A stretch of DNA of 64,000 bases from Octopus sinensis. Its lineage: Eukaryota. Shown in pieces: positions 50,156-61,967 of the stretch. Position 1 is the first letter of the stretch. Each line of letters begins with the position of its first letter. The DNA is taken from NCBI RefSeq assembly GCF_006345805.1, contig NC_043001.1, forward strand, positions 98,270,001 through 98,334,000. The letters are read 5' to 3'. Made by a program: the position numbers and the translations under genes. The notes under the pieces were generated by a model. The model made no database searches. It worked only from the letters and a program-made list of their open reading frames with translations, and was not told the origin of the DNA.

Positions 50156-50767
50156 ACTCTATTCATAACTCCATGCACGTAACCTTCCACCACCATGAAT
50201 TCAGCAATTTCAACTCTACCATCACTGATAACCACTCTGATCAGCAGATGAGCATCCTCTATATTTGCCAGGCTCATCTTCGTTTCAAAGATGTCTAAAA
50301 GAGAGATATGAAGTCAATAGATCTAGACGTCCTGAAATAGGAGGTCGTGATTGATCACCCACGCTGGAGACAAATACTATGCAAGGGGATTGGGCGTGGG
50401 CAAGCAAACAGGGAATTGCCACTAAAGATGCGCTCCTTCGAGGAAAGAAGTCAGTAAGTAACGCTTGGGAAGAGCTTCAAATGCAAGCGAAACTCGCGTG
50501 TAGGCCTGTACAGCAGCAACAGAAACTGCTCCACCATAAGGAGGCGAACTGGCAGAAACGTTAGCACGCCGAGCGAAGTGCTTAGCGGTATTTCGTCTGC
50601 CGCACATGTGTTCGTGAAGTAAAAATTGCTGTTTCGTGGTGTTAATATTATTAACAACTGTTGTTTCTTGTTAAACTGTTGAATAACTTAACTGTTGGAG
50701 TTTTCAATTGAAAACACTTAGTGCTTGTGGTAGCACGCGTTATTCATTCCCCCTTTGGGGGGAAGAA

Positions 50768-52335
50768 TGTCGTCTAGCATGGAGCCTACCGTTGGAGCAG
50801 AAATACTTGTTTCTCCTGTTGAGAGGAGGAAATACATGTCCGGCGAGGAGCCAACTACAGACAAGGAAATAGGGGTTTCCCCCGCTACAAGAAGGAATAG
50901 CAGAGAGGATAATATATTTGATATTTTTGGAGATGTGTCTGAGAGCTCGTCAGAACTTTCACCAGAAGAGTTTCCGACTTTGCCAGAGAACAAAGGCATT
51001 GTGTCGAAGAGAATAATTGATGTGCCTAGCATCCAGATAGAACCAAAAAATGGAAAAAAAAGTTTTGCGTTGGCTGCTGGGGGTGGAACCCAGATACTGT
51101 CGACGAATAAAAGCGAAATTATGAAATACAGCAAAATGATGGAAATAAATGACAACAGTGTGAAAATTGAACCTCCGCAAAAGTTATTACAGGAAGAAAA
51201 GCAAAAAACAATAATTTTCAAAACATATTGTCTACAAAATAGAAAAATTGAAAGAATGTCAGAAGAGAAAATAGAAAAGTGCTTAAAGCCAATATTGGGC
51301 GACGTAGTATTTCTGAGAAGAGGAAAAAAATCGGAACGGTGGAAGTAAGGTTCACCAATAAAGAAATAGCACACAAGAACTCAGTGGAAACGTTGAAAAC
51401 GAACGACGTGGAGTTAATACCCTATTATATGGGGATGAGGACGTCGCGAATAAAAATTACAAGGGTCCCGCCAGAGGTCGAACCTATGTGGTTGTTGGCG
51501 GCAGTCCTAATCAAAGAGGTAGAAAAAATTACTCTCCTCCAGGCTACCGCTACGGAAAACCCACGCTGGGATGGTAAAACAATTAATCTTCTCATTCAAG
51601 CGGACCCTAAAATAATTCAAACAATTCCTGAGACAATTGAGGTAGGGGAGGAGAACCTCGTGGTGTTTGTTGAGGGCCGAAAACCTCGATGTTTTTTATG
51701 TGGTCAATTAGGCCACATTCGAAGGAACTGCAAGGAAAATGAAGGAGGAAGAGGAGAAAAAAGACAAAGAGGAAGAAGATAAAGAAGAAACAGATGAGAA
51801 AAAAACAACAAACAAAAGAAAAATACAACCAGCAACCCAGCCGAGAGCGGCGACTACTACAGAACAACGACCAAAAAAGACTGCCAGAAGAGAAAAAGAA
51901 GAAAAAGGCATAATAGCCGTATACACTAAAGATACTGAGCTCATGAGAGACATTCAACTCATAAAGACTGTAAAAAAAATTGATAACCTTTCAGAGGAAT
52001 TTATCAATTACGACATATATGAAGTCTCAAATAAGACTTATAGAATTCTACAAAATAAGTACAGAAAGACTGTATCTTCATTGAGATTAGATTTTAACAA
52101 GTCGATATTTCATGGATTACCAGCTCCGATCCCGCGAGAAAAGGAAAAGGTGGAGATTCCCCCTCCACCTGATAATTCTGTGTCGGTGGTGAGACGGGAT
52201 TTTGACAAATCTATTTCCCAAGACCGTCCACCTCCGACCCTGGATAAAAAAAGGTGGAGGGTCCCCCTCCACCGGACAATCCTAATTAAACAGGTAAGTG
52301 ATGGCTATTCACATTGGTTGTTTAAATGTTCATGA
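50768..52335 (+). pseudogene. LINE ORF1 (gag-like, CCHC knuckle) split by frameshifts
   Basis: Three overlapping ORFs (50755, 51279, 51739) shifting in A-rich runs; CFLCGQLGHIRRNC zinc knuckle. Confidence 0.8.
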
Positions 52336-55300
52336 CCTGTTGTCAAGCTGGAAGCAAGGACGCTTTCTGAATGACATCAGGTCGAGAAATTTGGATGTAA
52401 TTGTTGCAACGGAAACCCGGGTGAAGGGGCCAAGAGATCTGCTCCCCCTCCTGAACGGCTACGAGAAATACGTTTCTCCGAGTCGGGCGGGAGGTGGGGG
52501 TGGGGTGTTGGTCCTACTAAAAAGAAACCGGGTAGCCGAGAAAAAGTTGGTTTTTTCTGACCCAGAAGGCAGGCTGGTCGTTCTCGACTTGACATTCAGT
52601 TGTGGCAAGACAATCAGGCTGGTCGCTATTTATGCACCAAACATTATTGGCCCGCAAACTGAATATTTTCGTGGCCTAGGAAAGTTCCTAGCCACGTCGC
52701 ATTCACTAGTAGTGTTAGGAGACTCTAATACAATATGTGCAGCACACACAGATTGTGTTGGCTCAAACTCGAACATGAACAGAAAATGTAACACAGGCTT
52801 TCGGGATCTGCTAAGTCAATTTCAGCTAGCAGATCCATATAGGTTGGAGCACCCGAACACTCCACAGTGGACGTGGTCAAATAGTGACGGGTCTACCAGA
52901 ACATATCTAGATAGGATTTTAATTAGAGAAAAAGATAAGTCCATAGTTGAGTGTCCACAGTTTTTTCTAGTCAGCTACAGTGACCACAAGATGGTTACCT
53001 GTAAACTGACGGTAGATAAGTTGCATAGACAGGGATCTGGCTACTGGAAACTCAATACGTCCCTTTTGGCGATTGAGGAGTACAGAAAGCGGATCAAGAT
53101 GTTAATACAGAGGGCATTAACAGGTACCATCATTAATAACAAATGGTGGTACGCCCTAAAAAGAGCCATCAAATATGAGTCTATTAGGTTTAGCATAAGT
53201 TTAGCTAAGAAGGGACGTAAAATAGGAGATGGTCTAGTTAAGGAACTAGAAGAAGCCTGGAGGACTGGTAATACAGACCAAGCGAGGGTGAAAAGACTGG
53301 AGTTAAACCAGCATCTTGAAGCCCACCACATGGGAAGTATTACCAGAGCTAAGTTACGTGCAATGGGAAGTGAAGGAATCAAAGCCGCTGGATGGGCCCG
53401 AGTGGTGGAAGCTCGGCAAGGAAATAGTTCCTCTATTCGGTCTTTGACGAATCAAAATGGTGTCTTGATAAACGAACCCGAGAAAATGTGTGAGGTCTTT
53501 CGGGAGTACTTCGCCCAGCTGTTCGGGGGTGACGGCGGTCCTGGTGGTGGGAGAGCCCTCGAGGACTTTCTTACCGGGCTGCCGTGCCTCTCGGGGTCGG
53601 ATGCGGAGTCTTGCGAAGGGCCAATCACACTTGAGGAGGTGATGGAGGCTTTGGCCGATTGTAAAGCGGGTAAGTCACCGGGACTTGATGGTCTTCCGTA
53701 CGAGCTGTATAAATGTATGCCAGACTTGTTCGGGCAACTACTGACTGACGTGTACGCGAACTGGAAACAGAATGGGTTTATCCCCAGATCTGTGCGCCGG
53801 GGAGTAGTGACGTTGGTCAGAAAGGACCCGGACAAGGGGGACGTTCTAGAGAATTTCAGGCCCATCACTCTGTTAAACGCAGAAGTGAAGATTTTGGCCA
53901 AGGTTCTAGCAAAAAGGTTGGCGCGTGTCGCGAATGGTATAGTCGGGGAGGCACAGACATGTGCCATCCCAGGCAGAACCATTCAGGATACCCTCCATCT
54001 TATTCGCTATACCATAGAGAGGTTTGGTAATAAATCTGGCAAAGGTGGGGCATTGGTGCATTTGGACCAGTCTAAAGCTTTTGATAGGGTTGACCATCGA
54101 TACCTAGCGACTGTACTTGCGCGGTTTGGCCTGGGCCTTGGCTTCCTCAGGTGGTTTATCGCTTTGTACCACAACATTGACTCGATAGTTCGGGTGAACG
54201 GTTTCCTTTCGAAGCCGTTCTGCATCAGACGCTCGGTTCGTCAAGGATGTCCGCTTTCACCACTTTTGTATGTGATGGCTCTCGAGCCATTACTGCAAAG
54301 GTTGAGTGGCATCCCGAGAGAACCAGGACTAGAGGAGTTTGTTACGGCTTTCGCGGATGATATCACTATCAGTGTAACCACAGTGGTACGCCTACGTGAA
54401 GTAGGTAAGACTATTGAGGCTTACGAGGAGGTAGCAGGAGCAAAGATTAACCGGGAAAAGTCGGTCGGCTTGCAGCTCGGCACCTGGGTTGGCAAGTCGA
54501 TGCCTTCAGACAGTGTTGTTAGGCGCTGGACGGAGGGACCGGTTAAGTTGCTGGGAGTCTGGTTTGGACCAGGCCTCCAGATAGAGAAGAACTGGACGGA
54601 GGTATTGAGCAGGGTGGCTGCAGTAGTCAAGACTTGGTCTTGGCGGTGGCTATCCCTGAAAGGGAGGGCGGAAGTGGCCAATGTGTTTATCGCATCGGTC
54701 ATTACCTACCGCCTGACTGTCGTGCCCTGTCCGGATTCGTGGTTGATCAGGTTGGAGAGACAGCTCTTTCGCTTTTTGTGGAAGGGCAGGTCGCCACTTG
54801 TGAAACGCTCTGTCTGCTGTCAAAAGCCTTTAAATGGAGGTTTAGGGATGCCTTGGTTAATGATGCGCAGACATGCGTTGAGGTTGAGGCACCTCTGGAT
54901 TCTCCTGGATAGTGAACGGGTGTGGTCTCCGCTGGCCAGACAAATGTTCCCTGAGTTCAAGAGTTTTTGCGAACAGGAAGCCTGGTGTTCTCGTAGACCG
55001 AGGTCGAGTGAGTGGCATAAAGAGTGCCGTAAGGCCCTCTTGCTGTTCCGGCGCTCGGGCAACGCCAGCGGGGGGGGTTCCACACGGATTTTATATAGTG
55101 GGTTGGTAGAGTCTGAATGCGACGATGGCCTGGGGTCGACTCTAGGTCTCGGATTTATTCAACTGGACAGCTTGTTTCATCGTACATTCGGGTTGAGAAC
55201 GTTGGACAACTTCCAAAAGTCCTTAACCTGGCAATGCTACAGAGGTGCCTTGCCCGTTTGGGATAAGCTCGCAAGACATGGTAAACGTCAGTCGCCGACC

Positions 55301-55702
55301 TGTCCAAGATGCGGTGGGGACAGGGAAACCGTCCCTCACGCTATTGTTCAGTGTCCGGAGATAACTGAAATGTGGGCTTATGCTGAACATCTGTTGTCCG
55401 GCGAAGGAAGAGTACGGCTGTCGACTGAGTCAATTATAAAAATTGACCCACCGGGAGTTCTAACGAACGAAGGTAAGAATTGTTTTCTCACGGTTGTAGC
55501 AATAGCAAAAGAGGCTGTATGGAATACTAGGATAAAAGGAATTAAGACAGGCAACTTTATCTCTGGTGACAATTTACGATCCTTTTTTTCTTTTCATTTG
55601 AAAAGGAAACTGTGGCTGGAGAAGAGGTGTCTGTCAGAGTGTACGTTCCAAAAGAGATGGAAGTATGTTGCACGAGTGTTGTGCGTGCAAGGAACCGTGT
55701 GA
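52301..55702 (+). CDS. LINE ORF2: APE endonuclease, reverse transcriptase and C-terminal Cys/His motif
   Basis: Uninterrupted ~1133 aa; CLNV, ATET, YAP, LGDSN, YLDRI, SDH; KSPGLDG, FRPITLLN, LDQSKAFDRV, RQGCPLSP, FADD; CPRC..ETVPHAIVQC. Confidence 0.95.
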   Translation: MAIHIGCLNVHDLLSSWKQGRFLNDIRSRNLDVIVATETRVKGPRDLLPLLNGYEKYVSPSRAGGGGGVLVLLKRNRVAEKKLVFSDPEGRLVVLDLTFSCGKTIRLVAIYAPNIIGPQTEYFRGLGKFLATSHSLVVLGDSNTICAAHTDCVGSNSNMNRKCNTGFRDLLSQFQLADPYRLEHPNTPQWTWSNSDGSTRTYLDRILIREKDKSIVECPQFFLVSYSDHKMVTCKLTVDKLHRQGSGYWKLNTSLLAIEEYRKRIKMLIQRALTGTIINNKWWYALKRAIKYESIRFSISLAKKGRKIGDGLVKELEEAWRTGNTDQARVKRLELNQHLEAHHMGSITRAKLRAMGSEGIKAAGWARVVEARQGNSSSIRSLTNQNGVLINEPEKMCEVFREYFAQLFGGDGGPGGGRALEDFLTGLPCLSGSDAESCEGPITLEEVMEALADCKAGKSPGLDGLPYELYKCMPDLFGQLLTDVYANWKQNGFIPRSVRRGVVTLVRKDPDKGDVLENFRPITLLNAEVKILAKVLAKRLARVANGIVGEAQTCAIPGRTIQDTLHLIRYTIERFGNKSGKGGALVHLDQSKAFDRVDHRYLATVLARFGLGLGFLRWFIALYHNIDSIVRVNGFLSKPFCIRRSVRQGCPLSPLLYVMALEPLLQRLSGIPREPGLEEFVTAFADDITISVTTVVRLREVGKTIEAYEEVAGAKINREKSVGLQLGTWVGKSMPSDSVVRRWTEGPVKLLGVWFGPGLQIEKNWTEVLSRVAAVVKTWSWRWLSLKGRAEVANVFIASVITYRLTVVPCPDSWLIRLERQLFRFLWKGRSPLVKRSVCCQKPLNGGLGMPWLMMRRHALRLRHLWILLDSERVWSPLARQMFPEFKSFCEQEAWCSRRPRSSEWHKECRKALLLFRRSGNASGGGSTRILYSGLVESECDDGLGSTLGLGFIQLDSLFHRTFGLRTLDNFQKSLTWQCYRGALPVWDKLARHGKRQSPTCPRCGGDRETVPHAIVQCPEITEMWAYAEHLLSGEGRVRLSTESIIKIDPPGVLTNEGKNCFLTVVAIAKEAVWNTRIKGIKTGNFISGDNLRSFFSFHLKRKLWLEKRCLSECTFQKRWKYVARVLCVQGTV

Positions 55703-57540
55703 ATAGACGAGGAAAAAAAAAAAAAAAAAAAGGAAAAATAAAAAGGTATCAGCGGTAGATCGGGGCTTGTGGGATCGGAGCGTAACTTGATCATCGCTTC
55801 ATTTGTATTGTTTTTGTACTGTGTATTCCATTCGATTTTTATGTATTGTATTTTATTTTTGATGTCACATTTATGTAAAATCATATCGATTCACTGATCC
55901 CATCAGTTGTACTGTCCATATCTATGTTTGGCCCCCGGTGGGCAATAAAGAAATTGGTATTTCGTCAGATTTCGTCTGCCGCTATGTTCTGAGTTCAAAT
56001 TCTGCCGAGGTCGACTTTGCCTTTCATCCTTTTGACTTAATCCGTTTGTTTGTCCCCTCTGTGTAGTCCCTTGTGGGCTGTTAAGAATTAAGAAACTCCA
56101 CTATCAGCAGCTGACAAATTCTCCAGGCGCTGATCCATGGTCTCTCAAGACTAACGAATGCCTATCTACTTAATAGTGTATATCCCTTATCTGTAACTTG
56201 TTTCGGTTATTGAGCTGTAACCAGTATCAATCGAACTCAGTGATTCCCCACCCGGAAGTCTAGTACTTATTTTGTCGCTCATTTTAGCCGAGCCTCTAAT
56301 TTACAGGGACGGAAATCAAGAGCGGTCGTCAAATGAGGTGCGAGGGTGAAGAATATATATATACACGGGCTTCCTCACAATTTCCCTCATCCAAACTCAC
56401 TTCCAAGACATTGGTTCGCCTGGAGCTATAGTAAAAGATGCTTACTTGAAGTGCTGCATAATGGGATTGAACCCAGAGCTACGTGATTGTCAAGCAAGCT
56501 TCTTAACCATGGCGTCTGTGCTATTTGACAGGAAGCTAATGTCAAAATGAGACTAGTCAGCATCTGTAGCCAGATTTTCATGCCAAACATGGTCAGGTGG
56601 TACAGCCTAATTCTTGCTTTTGGATGACTGGTGTGTGACAGGAGATTCAATCACACTTCAAAGATCTGCATAGATTTCTGTAGAAAAAAATGAAGAACGG
56701 TGAATGTTGGAGCTGCTAGCTTTCACGGTGGTAAAAGGAGCATTATCAGGGTGGTGCTCTTGTAGATATGGTGAACAAATACCAAAATACATTGTGGTAT
56801 TATTACTGCTTCCGACGCTCAATATTTACGTTTTATGAAGTCTGCTGGTTATTTTCTATATCAGCGAGTGAAGAATCACTGCTATTGAATATATCGTTGG
56901 CAGTGATATTTGGTTGGTATGCAGGGCTGGGCGCCTGCTACTGAGGTCGTGCATTGTGCAGAAATCTCGTGAGCTGGCAGTTCCGGTTCCCATACCGCAT
57001 CTCATTTGCTACGATACATCTGTGCATTTCGCATCGTGTGTCTACATGAGAAGACCTCTCAAAGATTACCACAGTATTTGGCACTCCAATAATACGTCTA
57101 TAAGGATATAAAGACTGATTTTTTTGTATTTAAAACGCTTCCATCGAAACGGTCCCTATATCTCAACACACCACTCCCGTTCCCCAAGTATTTCCCTCAC
57201 GTCCACTTACAGCTTCCCTTACAACCACCGAAACCAATTAAAGTATTCACTTTTTTCAACACTATTGAACTTGCACCACTGTCTGACGTGGTTAACCAAG
57301 ACAGAACTTTGAAGTCACTATCAGCCTTATCCTTGCCAAGAACGCACAGATGAAAGGGCTTCTTTCAGTTTCCATCAAGCAAATCGACTCACAAGATTGA
57401 TCGGCCTGGGCCAGCTAAATTAGAAGACAACCCACGGAAACTGGAAGAGTTCCTTTATATACACATACATGTCTCTCTCTCTCTCCCTCCCTCCCCCTCA
57501 CTCTATGTATGTGTATATATAGATATATATATATATATAT

Positions 57541-58575
57541 ACACAAATTGAGATAGGAGTTGTAAATGCAACCCACCATGAGATACCATATGTCCAATAT
57601 ACTGCTAGTGAGGTACCAAACAAAGTTAATACATAAATGTTAAGAATTGCGATACAATTAATTCATTTATTGTATTATATGGGCAAAGGTAAAATGTTTT
57701 ACCACAGATTCATAATACAAAATAAGAAAATGGAGAAATACATCGAAATCAAATATCAATTACCAGATAATACTCTATCACATACTTTATTAAACCACTA
57801 CATAAGAAACTATAAGGTTAAACATAATAATGCAGGGTAAAACTGTACATGAAGGGGTGTACATAAAATAGTAATGTTATACAATAAGTAGAATACGCAT
57901 AATAGAACATAAATATAAATATAGACTATATCTTACAGCTGTTTCGGCCATGTAGATATGCATGTCTCATTCAACTCATATTAGCCATTTATGGTAGGTC
58001 AATATGTAGTTATAAATGAGACATTTACAAAAACACCCTAAGGCCTCTTCGGAGATTACAAATTAGATTTTTTTATATTGGGTATTTACAGTGCATTGGT
58101 AAACTACCTCTTTCCTCAGGCATTTATTACCAAACACACATTGGTTCCTGCTTCTGCAATTAGTTAGTTAGTTAGTTAGTTAATTTGGCTCAAAAGCAAA
58201 TAGCAAGTAGAATACGCATAATAGAACATAAATATAAATATAGACTATATCTTACAGCTGTTTCGGCCATGTAGATAAGCATGTCTCATTCAACTCATAT
58301 TAGCCATTTATGGTAGGTCAATATTCACTCATATTAGCTGTTTCGGCCATGTAGATATGCATGTCTCATTCAATGAGACATTTACAAAAACATCCTAAGG
58401 CCTCTTCGGAGATTACATATATACTTATAAAGGTGTGGGTATATACCCATAATAAAACATACATATACATATGAGTGCATATACTCATACTCATATACAT
58501 ATAAATATAAATATACATAATGATATAAATAATAAAAATTAATAAACATACATATGCTCCACATTCAATGTTACA
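57541..58575 (-). mobile_element. Inverted Penelope pseudo-LTR patchwork
   Basis: 57715-58069 is the reverse complement of 63362-63716; 58075-58207 of 61070-61194; ~58410-58575 of ~63200-63365. Confidence 0.85.
57930..58056 (-). ncRNA. Hammerhead ribozyme motif (inverted pLTR copy)
   Basis: Reverse complement of 63375-63501; a rearranged further copy lies at 58249-58413. Confidence 0.65.
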
Positions 58576-58777
58576 GTTTTAGAATAGGATATAGCATTAC
58601 GAATAATCTAGCGACCATCATTTCCTCCTTTAACAACAGGAAATTGGATTGCTTCTATAATGACAGAAGGATAAACTTGGGTAGAATGAAAATAGGTGCA
58701 ATGCTATCAATAGGAATAGAGATAGGGGGATTTCTGCCAAGGTTATATCTCCTCAATCTGTTAATAGCTGCAATTGC

Positions 58778-61107
58778 CCTTCTTGACGTGGCTGAAGATT
58801 GTTTTCTATCGCAACATGTTGAATATCCGACAAGGCATCGGTCTGGGCAGCAGCCATCTATGCTGGATCTGGTATTCTCCCGCTATCCAAGATCAGTGTC
58901 AGACGTATCTGTGTGCGCCCCTCTTGCCAAGAGTGATCATGCGGTCCTGAAGTTCGTCATGCACACAACTTTTTCTATGCCCACGACTACTTCGCTGCCA
59001 CGTAGAGTCTTCTCTGCAATTAATCTTGAAATTCTAACCGAGGCTTCCGCGCTTCTGGACTGGCGATCCCTGATGACGTTGTCCTCAGTTGACGAACTAT
59101 GGTCATCCCTCAAAGCATATGTAATCTGGTTGACTGACCAGGCAGTTCCCGTTGGGCTTCCCAAGAAGAAGAAACACAAGCCCTGGGTGACGAAGAAGGT
59201 TAAACGAGAACGTCGACTCAGAGATATTGCTTGGGCTGAATTCAAAAATCTGGATTCGACTGCAGCTTTTGAGGTGTACAAAACTCAACGAGACCGAGCC
59301 GTGAAAATTGAAAAGGAAGAACGCTTCAGTTATGAATACAAAATCGCGGCAAATGCCAGTAGCAATCCAAAAACCTTCTTTGCCCATGTCCAACGGAATT
59401 CCCGCTTGAACAACCAGATTGCAACGTTGGTAGACTCAACAGGCGTATCGATTGAGGACCCTTATCAACAGAGTCAATTATTTGCCGAGGCTTTTTCAAC
59501 TATTTTCAAACAAGATGATGGTCGTGAACCCCCTCCATTTGATAGATCGGTACCTCCAATGCTTCGATTGGTCATCACGCGGGACGAAGTCAAACGTGTT
59601 ATTCAAGGCCTCGATGTCAACAAGGGTCACGGCCCTGACGGCATACACCCACGGGTTATCAAAGCGTTGGCGCCGGTCATCTGCGAGCCCTTAACACGTC
59701 TATTCAATATGTCATTGGCGACGGGTGTTATACCTGCGGACTGGAGAACAGCGATAATCTGCCCAATTTTCAAGAAAGGGAGCCGCGAAGACCCGCTTAA
59801 CTACCGACCGGTTTCCCTTACATCAATAATCAGCAAGATGTTCGAAACCATCCTTAAGAAAAACACAGCCTCTATCTCTGATTCCCAACACGGCTTCGTG
59901 CCGAAGAGATCATGCTTGACCAACTTACTGGTAATGGAAGAATTGGTGACGCGCATCCTCGATGATAGTGATGATGTTGACATCGTTTTATTGGACTTTG
60001 CCAAAGCTTTTGACTCGGTAAACCACCGCCTATTACTTGTCAAGCTTCAAGCATATAGTTTCCATCCGGATATTGTACGATGGGTTGGCGCCTTCCTCTC
60101 AGATCGCTCCTTCCAAGTCCAAGTTAATGGTTCGCGGTCCGACGTCTCCAGTGCAAGCAGTGGCGTACCTCAAGGTTCAGTGCTTGGGCCCTTATTGTTC
60201 TTAGTCTTCATAAATGATTTGCCCGACGACCTCACGCAACACACCCTTCTATTTGCCGACGATATCAAACTGGTCGCTCCTCGCGGTGATATAGAGGATC
60301 TTCGTCGATGCCTCCACCAAATTTGGAAGTGGTCTAACGAATGGGACCTGTGTCTGAACGTGTCAAAGTGCTGTAATCTGCCTGTTGGCTCTCCTCCTGC
60401 AACTCAACTTGATTTCGAGCCGGGTCGTCTGCTGCTGGAGAGGACCGATCAGGTAAAGGACCTGGGTATCTTGGTGGATTCCTCCTTTTCGCCTTCGGCC
60501 CAGTGCGTCCATGCTGCCAACAAAGCACGCGGAATTCTGTTCTTGATTCGACGGTCATTCGGAATGCTCACAGCAGCCATATTCCTACCACTCTATGTCA
60601 CGCTGGTGAGACCCATATTGGAATACGGGATTCAAGCCTCTTCTCCTTATCTCCTCAAAGACATACAGTATCTCGAAAGAGTCCAGAAGCTGGCTACCCG
60701 CATGGTTCATGGTCTCAAAAATTTGTCCTATGAAGAAAGGCTGAGGACGCTCGACCTTTATTCTCTTGAAAAACGCCGCTGCCGTGGTGATCTCATTCTC
60801 GCCCACAACATCATAAGCGGAAAGTGTAACCTCTCGAAAGAGCTGTTCTTCACTCCTGTCATTCCGAAAAGCTCTACCTGCGACGATTTCATCTCAATCG
60901 AAGGAGAGGAGCTTTCTCCGTCCGGGTTGCGGATCCGTGGAACAAGCTGCCAGACGAGATGGTGAAGATGCCGACGACCGCTTTGTTCAAAGCCTCCCTT
61001 GACCTCAAGTGGCCTGAACTCTTTACATGAACACCACCCTGTACTTAACTCCATGTCCCCCTACATGGCCTTGCTATTTGCTTTTGAGCCAAATTAACTA
61101 ACTAACT
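58778..61107 (+). mobile_element. 5'-truncated CR1-clade LINE (partial APE and RT) with a (TAAC)n tail
   Basis: LDLVF..SDH, GPDGIHP, NYRPVSLTS, QHGF, DFAKAFDSV, GVPQGSVLGP, FADD, LERVQK; 6-bp TSD AATTGC at 58772 and 61108. Confidence 0.92.
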
Positions 61108-61930
61108 AATTGCAGAAGCAGGAACCAATGTGTGTTTGGTAATAAATGCCTGAGGAAAGAGGTAGTTTACCAATGCACTGTAAATACCCAATATAATAGC
61201 AAGGTGTATATTGGTGCGACTAAAAATAGTATAAAACAACGGCTAAACTATCATAGATATACTTTTAAAAATAAAAATAGGATGAACTCTACGGGGCTTA
61301 GTACGTATATCTGGGAACTCAAGAGTAAGAACATAGATTTTAAATTAGATTGGGAAATACTAACATCTGCACCTGTGTACAATAGTAGAAATAAAAAATG
61401 TTCTTTTATGTATCAATGAAATTTTCTTCATCATCAAGGCTGGCCTACCCATTATTAATAACATTAATGAGAGAAATTACTTCTGCCTTCACAAATTGGC
61501 GTATACTTTCTCTAGATTTAAATAGCACCTAATTTTCCTACCAATAGTCCCATTACACTCCTCTATATAGGACTGTACTACTGGCCCTCATAATTTATAA
61601 TTTTGTATCTCCATACATATGTTCTATATTGATTGATTTTGTCCCGGCTTGAAAAATATAGTGGTAAATATACTGAAATATATAGTTATTCTGATCTCCA
61701 CAGAGTATTTATGGCTGTAGGGTGTATAGACACATTATATCTAATGGCACTGGTTTGGGTTTTTGCTATACCAATATTTAACAAATGTGAGTCTATAATT
61801 AGTATACTTTGTTTATTTCGATGAGCATATAAAGTTTTTTTTTTACGTGTATTTGTTTGACATCCTCACATTTTAAGTTTATCCTTGTACTCATCTTAAT
61901 TTGTATTTTATTATATTTATCTATTTATCT

Positions 61931-61967
<37 letters not shown>

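Larger units (their letters stand above)
50604..55955 (+). mobile_element. Full-length Tx1/L1-clade non-LTR retrotransposon inserted into a family B SINE
   Basis: Host SINE 5' part at 50539-50603 and 3' part at 55956-56095; TSD GGTATTTCGTCTGCCGC (the 3' copy carries a short stutter); two ORFs. Confidence 0.9.
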
